Assembly (NCBI RefSeq): GCF_009914755.1
Contig: NC_060931.1
DNA length: 64,000 bases
Direction: 5' to 3' (one strand)
From: the human T2T-CHM13v2.0 reference genome, Homo sapiens
Translations under genes and position numbers: made by a program
Notes under the pieces: generated by a model
Told to the model about the DNA's origin: nothing
What the model saw: the letters and a program-made list of their open reading frames with translations, nothing else
Database searches by the model: none
Shown here: in pieces, positions 54,956-64,000 of the stretch
Layout: the number at the start of each line of letters is the position of its first letter
Position numbering within the stretch: the first letter of the stretch is position 1

Positions 54956-55861
54956 ATATTATCTTATTTTTAACATGATAGAGATTTTATTGGAAGAAAC
55001 TAAAGATAAACCAACAGTTATCACACTAGTTTCACTGCTATGCTCTTTCAAAATATATCTGGCATGATTATTATTTTTATTATATATGAAGGAAAAGGAA
55101 ATCAACATAACATGTATGTTATATAATTATTTTTGAGGACTTGATTTGTAAATCTCAGTAAATAACCAAGAATGGAACCTATTACTTAATCTGTATGAAA
55201 TGTTTTATCTACTTACCCCTCTCTTAACCCAAGACAGCTTTTCAATCAAGCTGCTTGAGGACCATTTATTATGAAATTTTGCATGCTTATCACCTAATAC
55301 TACTGGCTTGGCACTAGTAGGCACCCAATAAATATTTGTTTAATCCATTAACCTTTATCAAAACAAATATTCCAATTTATTCATATATCACTCCATCTAG
55401 CCAGTGCACCCAAGCATCCTTAACCATGTCCTGGAGTCTTTTCTCTTTTGTCTTTTTTATCTGAGGAGCAGTCTGAGCTTCCCTACCTCTTGATTTGTTT
55501 GCAGTGCTGCTAGTCCACCCTAATCTCTGCCTGCTCAAAACTTCTCTCAATGCAATTCAGAGAGATAGAGTTTAGCACTACAGTGACTTAGATGTATGTT
55601 GAATTTGATCTTTAAATAAATCATATGCATCTTAAGGGCACAGATGAATTTGATGATTCTTTTGTGACATCTTGCAGTTGATCCTTAACAAATAATTATT
55701 AGTAGATAACAATCAACAACCAATCCAGTGTTTATTCTTACCTGCCATGTTAATCTCTCCATTTGAATCTACTTGAATTATTCTCTTTTTGTTTCAGTGT
55801 TGGAGTGTAATTGTTCCAGCATAAAAGAAAGGAAGATTTCCAATATTATACCATATTATAA

Positions 55862-55935
55862 ACACACACACACACACACATACACATACACTGATACACT
55901 CATACATACAAACATATACATTCACATATATATTT
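55862..55935. repeat. (CA)n grading into CA/TA low complexity
   Basis: Read directly from the sequence. Confidence 0.85.
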
Positions 55936-56349
55936 TCATGGGAAGTTATGGCAGGATTTTAACTACTGATTCAGGAACACTAAATGAGTGCATATTTCCC
56001 CTATACTCATAGATGAACTGGAGATTAATTCAGGTTACCCTGTACTCAAGTTTCTCTTGTTATAGGGGAAGGCGGATGGCAGAGCAAATACTTTGGAGTT
56101 CACTATGGGTCTAACGTAGCTAATAATTAGTTGTAAAAATCATTAAGATGGAATTGACATAATTTCACTTGCAATTCTAACATGGCATTTTGCATTTCTA
56201 AAAACTTGATTTAGCTGGACCGGAGTTTCTAAAGAATTACTTCAGGAGATTCAAACTTTCATTCAGTTATGAAACAATGCAGTGTTTTACTTTATAAATT
56301 ATAACCAAATATTTTATAATAAAGATAGCTGACATGAATTGAAGGAGAA

Positions 56350-56470
56350 ACTGTTTTATCCTCATTTTATATATGAGGAAAGTAAAAGCCCAATAAGTTA
56401 AATAATTACTCAAGAAATGGATAAGCCAGTACTCAAACTTAGGAAGTTGGCCCCAAAGCCCATACTTATA
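56350..56470 (-). mobile_element. MIR fragment
   Basis: TTATCCTCATTTTATATATGAGGAAAGT...GTTAAATAATTACTCAAG. Confidence 0.7.
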
Positions 56471-56484
56471 CTATACTGACACTA

Positions 56485-56973
56485 CTGACAGATATCACTA
56501 GTTACCTAAACAAGAATCCATGCCACCCACTTCCTTTGTGAGATCCCATCTGTGTGACATTCACGTTCTTAGTCTCTCTAAAGGCAAGAATGGATATATA
56601 ACCTAGTTCTGGCCAATGGAATTAGAAGAAATGCCTTCTAGGTCTTTCATTTTGTACCCTGGTGAAAAAAAAAAAGAAAAAAAAAAGAAAAAGAAAAAGA
56701 AAGACTTGTTAAAGAAGCTCAGTTTTCCCCCTAATTTTAGACATTGATGTGTGAAGATGTAATACTTGGAGCTTCCGTAGCCATATTGTAACTGAAAAGA
56801 AGGTCAAGAAAATTATAGAAGAAATGACTCAGAGGCCATACATTTTTAAGCATCTGAACCAACCCTGTACCTCTTTTCTTATGAAAGTCCTGTCTGTGAG
56901 AATAATAAACTTTGTTGCTTATTGCTATTTTTTTGTATTCTTACCTGCAGCTCAAAACTGCCTAACAGATGAA
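56485..56973 (+). mobile_element. Old ERVL-MaLR LTR (MLT1I/J-like)
   Basis: CCTAGTTCTGGCCAATGG, GTAATACTTGGAGCT...GCCATATTG and CCTGCAGCTCAAAAC..CCTAACAGAT are MLT1 motifs. Confidence 0.7.
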
Positions 56974-57341
56974 AATACGAATTTCTAATTTCTAAGACAT
57001 TTTACATTTTCAGTCTATAAATATGACATTTTATTTATTCTTGTAAACATAATTAGTATTCTCAAATGAATATTTCTAAGCATCTTAAATTCTTTTGGGT
57101 TTCCAAATGGATATGATTATATTTTTAAGACTGATTTTTATTTATTTTTTATTATTTGTTTTTCTATATATGCTTTATTCTCTTGGCCAGACATGGAATA
57201 AACACAACAATTTTAGTTTTTGAAGTTCAGGTTTTACTAAATATTTTTGAGATTAGATAACCACCTTGATTCATGAATTATTAGTTTGAAAATATGATTT
57301 ATATTGCATTGAGAAACTGGACCAAAAAAACCTTGATTTTT

Positions 57342-58127
57342 AAAAAATTATTATCATAGTTTAAGTTCTAGGGTACATGTGCACAACGTGCAGGTTGGTT
57401 ACATGTGTATACATGTGCCATGTTGGTGTGCTGCACCCATTAACTCGTCATTTACATTAGGTATATCTCCTAATGCTATCCCTCCCCCCTCACCCCACCC
57501 CACAACAGGCCCCAGTGTGTGATGTTCCCCACCCTGTGTCCAAGTGTTCTCATTGTTCAATTCCCACCCATTAATGAGAACATGCAGTGTTTGGTTTTCT
57601 GTCCTTGTGGTAACTTGCTCAGAATGATGGTTTCCAGCTTCATCCATGTCCCTACAAAGGACATGAACTCATCCTTTTTTATGGCTGCATAGTATCCCAT
57701 GGTGTATATGTGCCACATTTTCTTAATCCAGTCTATCATTGATGGACATTTGGGTTGGTTCCAAGTTTTTGCTATTGTGAATAGTGCTGCAATAAACATA
57801 CGTGTGCATGTGTCTTTATAGCAGCATGATTTATAATCCTTTGGGTATATACCCAGTAAACGGATGTCTAACTAATTTTATGAGATCAGCATCATCCTGA
57901 TACCAAAGGCTGGCAGAGACACAATAAAAAAAAAAGAGAATTTTAGACCAATATCCCTGATGAACATTGATGCAAAAACCCTCAATAAAATACTGGCAAA
58001 CAGAATCCAGCAGCACATCAAAAAGCTTATCCACCACGATCAATTTGGCTTCATCCCTGGGATGCAAGGCTGGTTCAACATACTCAAATCAATAAATGTA
58101 ATCCATCATATAAACGGAACCAAAGAC
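57342..58127 (-). mobile_element. L1PA (PA4-PA6-like) with 5' inversion (twin priming)
   Basis: 57342-57866 is the antisense 3' end and ~57867-58134 is sense ORF2 ([28 protein letters not shown]). TSD AAAAACCTTGATTTTT at 57326-57341 and 58128-58143. Confidence 0.97.
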
Positions 58128-58357
58128 AAAAACCTTGATTTTTAAAATGTGGATCTATTTGACTTTTTATTTCATGTAGGAATCACTGTTAGGAATATGA
58201 AAGTATATTTCAGCTTAAATATAGTGACATTCTGCTACCCTATATTTAAATTGAACCTAAATTAAACTTGTATTAATCAGTATCTGTCACATGAACTCTA
58301 CCAGCTCCCTTTCACCTAAACAAACAGTCACACACAACGAAATAGAAATCTTTTCTC

Positions 58358-58651
58358 AGCCGGGCGCGGTGGCTCATGCCTGTAATCCCAGCACTTTGGG
58401 AGGCCGAGGTGGGCGGATCACAAGGCCAGGAGATCGAGACCATCCTGGCTAACACAGTGAAACCCCATCTCTACTAAAAATACAAAAAATTAGCCAGGCA
58501 TGGTGGCAGGTGCCTGTAGTCCTAGCTACTCGGGAGGCTGAGGTGGGAGAATGGCGTGAACCCAGGAGGCGGAGCTTTCAGTGAGCCGAGATCACGCCAC
58601 TGCACTCCAGCCTGGGCCACAGAGCCAGACTCCGTCTCAAAAAAAAAAAAA
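58358..58651 (+). mobile_element. AluY, full length
   Basis: GGCTAACA, GAATGGCGTGAAC and GGAGCTT diagnostics. TSD A(G/A)AAAT(C/A)TTTTCTC at 58344-58357 and 58652-58665. Confidence 0.97.
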
Positions 58652-59442
58652 AAAAATATTTTCTCCTCTTTAAAGATTTCATCTTCAGATAACCCCATAC
58701 TTATCCACATTACCCTACTGGCCTTTCTCTGACCGGATTGAAGATAAGAATTAAAATCATTTAAGGAGATTTTAGATCTATGTAAGACAGAGTAATCTGT
58801 TCCTAGTTTGTCTGAATTTGTGTTTGTTTTCATAAAACATTGGTTTATTAGGAGAGAAACATTTTAAATATTTGAAAATACATCTTCATTTAAAGCTAAG
58901 AGTTTAATTTCATTGTGGTAAACTGGGATGTGAAGACTTAGATTTATTAACATTAATAGAAGCAAATGCTTAATTTCTAAGCCATTAAGATAATCATTCC
59001 TTCCAGAGTATTTCAGTTGAAGATCAGAAAGTCCTTAGTTAAGCCTGCCACTCACTCTATAATTTACTTACAGTGCCTGACTACCTATGACATCAAAGTA
59101 CATAATGCTACAGCCCATTTCAAATACAAATCTTTAATGACAAAGTGACAGTTGCAGCCTTCTGTAAATAAAAGCATTGAGCAAAACTCAGAGGTTTAGA
59201 TGTATCACTGCGATCACTCTTTATAATATGAAATATTGAAGAGAACAAATTGATAAGAATGCCAAAGGCAAGACATCATATGGTGTCTTCTGAAGATTCT
59301 ATTTAAGACACATTTAAATACATGTGTTTGACTCCAGTGAAGGAAGCATTTAACTCTAGTGAAGATCCCATTTGGGAGTTGAAGTAGCACTCATTCTCTA
59401 CCTAAGTACATAATAGGGGTTCAGTAAAAATTTACTGGTTTT

Positions 59443-59727
59443 CACCGGGCACAGTGGCTCACGCCTGTAATCCCAGCACTTTTTGAGGCCGAGGCGGGTG
59501 GATCATGAGGTCAAGAGATCGAGACCATCCTGGCCAAATGGTGAAACCCCGTCTTTACTAAAAATACAAATATTAGCTGGGCATGGTGACATATGCCTAT
59601 AGTCCCAGCTACTCGGGAGGCTGAGGCAGGAGAATCGATTTAACCTGGGAGGTGAGGTTGCAGTGAGCCGAGATCGCGTCACTGCACTCTAGCCTGGTGA
59701 CAGAGTGAGACTCCGTCTAAAAAAAGA
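59443..59727 (+). mobile_element. AluSc-like, full length
   Basis: GAGGTCAAGAGATCGAGACCATCC diagnostic. TSD AAAAA(T/A)TTACTGGTTT at 59426 and 59728. Confidence 0.97.
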
Positions 59728-60764
59728 AAAAAATTACTGGTTTGTATTACATGGGGTGATGGAGTGGAAAAGGAGAGGGGATGGGTTGGGAAAGGTGTAG
59801 CCTCAGGAAAACTAGCAGAGAAGGAGTACTAAGACCTCACAGACAATGGAGAAAAGTCCTTCATGAATTTATGTGGGAAAGACACTAAACAACTATGTAT
59901 GTACACCAATGGAAACCCTGTATTCAGCTGCAGCATGCATTCTAAAGTCCATGCCACATGATCTGACTTAGAATCATTAAAAGAAGACAAAGGAAATACA
60001 ATTTGGCCAGCATAACTATGAAAACATTTAAAGGAGTAGGCTTTAGATCTTGTTTGGGATAGAGCTAATTTCCTTTGTCTCATATTTCCATAAAGAAATG
60101 ACCTACTGATCTACTGCCCAAGAGAGAACAATATTAAAGTGAATTAATATTGTTGCTGACGCCTCTCCTACTCAGCCTTCCCTTAAATGCAGGTGGAGCG
60201 ATTACTTATTGATGATATTAAGGAACCTGATGTCCAATGGCCATGCCACAAGAATCAATGGAATTTCTTTGCGCCAAAAATAAAAAACAGTCCTCTAATT
60301 CCTGGACTCATTTTCCCTCTCCTTCCTTCCCTTCTCCTATCCTTCCCTTTTTCCTTCTGTCTATTGATTCTTCCTCAAGCAAAGCATCACCTACCCTCTT
60401 ACCCACAGTGGTCCATTTGGTATTTGAAGTAGGATCCCTGGATCCCTGAGTTTTTCACTGCTGCATGTAACAATTACAAAGCCATACTTTATCTAGATTG
60501 TTATATGGCCCCTGAGTCTGCCTGCAATTTGGTTAGAATCTATAGGAGGAAAAAGGTCAACAGCTTGACTTACCCTAACGTCCAGTAAATCACCAAATGC
60601 TAGGAAGCACGAGTTATTAAAAAATATATATATATTAAGAATAACTCTGTTGACAGAGTAGGGCTTTTGAGTGACAGGCATTTTTGTTATATAATTCTTT
60701 GCAGAAGAAGTGAGAAATCAATAAGGCCATGTAGCTTATTTAGATGTTTCTTATAAACAATTAA

Positions 60765-60890
60765 AACAATACAAATAATAATAAACACTATTGATTGAAT
60801 ATATACTATAGGACAGGCACTGTACTAGGCCCTATACATTTATTACATCAATTTTTCCAAACACCTTCAAGCTATAGGTTGACAAACTCT
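60765..60890 (-). mobile_element. MIR fragment
   Basis: ATTGAATATATACTATAGGACAGGCACTGTACTAGG...TACATTTATTACATC. Confidence 0.65.
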
Positions 60891-61476
60891 GATTCCTAAG
60901 TAATGACTACGGTTTTCGCAGACGTAAAGGCAAATGAGTGACGTAAGGTTTATAAATAAAAAACACATGTCTCACATGATCTTACCTCCCCTCCATGCCT
61001 ATTTCAGGCTTTCCTCATCAATTGCCGCACAATCACTACCAATCAATCTGCACTGACCAAGAGAGATGAAATTTATTCACCATCCTGGTGCTGTTGTAAC
61101 TCGTGTGTTCTCAACTCTTGATGTGCTATGCTCCAGTGTCACTGAAAATTCTAGAAATCTCACCAGCTTAGAAGAATTTTCAAACAGCAGGTCACAGTCT
61201 AAGCTAATAGGTACCGATTAATCAAGAGTCAACTTTAGCACTCTTCCTGTTTTGTGAACTGTTTAGATAGTCTATAAGGCTAATTATTCAAACTACAACA
61301 GAAATCAATAACACATTTTTAATGAAAAAATATTTTTAAATTTGATCACTTTCTTCCTATTTAATCTTGTTATTTTACAGACTATGAGAGACAAGAAATA
61401 CAAGTATATAGAACATATGAGAATATAATGGAAACATAATTGAACTGCATAAAGTTTTAAAATTGAAGAGCTATCA

Positions 61477-61675
61477 AGCGTAGTGACTTAGAGCACAGGC
61501 TTTGGTATCAAGTAGCTCTGGATTCATGTTCTGGTTCTTCCTTTCTGCATCCTTGTGCAAGTTACTTAATCTCTGTATTCCTTAACATCTTCATCAGTAA
61601 AATAATCAATGACAGCCATTGCATACACTTGGTGGAAAGATTGAGTGAAATAAGATATTTAAAAGGCACTTACAC
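61477..61675 (+). mobile_element. MIR SINE truncated by an L1 insertion
   Basis: AGCGTAGTGACTTAGAGCACAGGCTTTGG...GCAAGTTACTTAATCTCTG...AAAAGGCACTTA. Confidence 0.8.
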
Positions 61676-61677
61676 TC

Positions 61678-64000
<2,323 letters not shown>

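Overview
This is AT-rich, CpG-depleted catarrhine primate DNA (human-like; it carries AluY, AluS and L1PA elements). It looks like deep intron or intergenic sequence. I cannot support any protein-coding exon of a recognisable gene, RNA gene or CRISPR array. The recognisable ORF-track entries come from L1, Alu, LTR, CR1 or hAT repeats or from low-complexity sequence, and the rest resemble no protein I know. Much of the window is transposon-derived: 6 L1 insertions (two L1PA copies with twin-priming 5' inversions, and one older L1 with a 5'UTR fused directly to mid-endonuclease ORF2), 11 Alus (most with readable target-site duplications), 4 solo LTRs, a near full-length Charlie1a hAT fossil with nested MLT1 and Alu, and many MIR, L2, L3 and MER5-type relics. 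The most interesting non-repeat signal is a repeat-poor block at about 31-35 kb. It holds candidate minus-strand gene elements: a TATA-like box, a Kozak ATG directly followed by a GTAAGA donor, and a 26-nt micro-exon flanked by five UGCAUG (RBFOX) motifs. These remain unverified hypotheses. I found no evidence of a genuinely novel biological system. Subfamily names come from recalled consensus sequences, and boundaries of old repeats are approximate.
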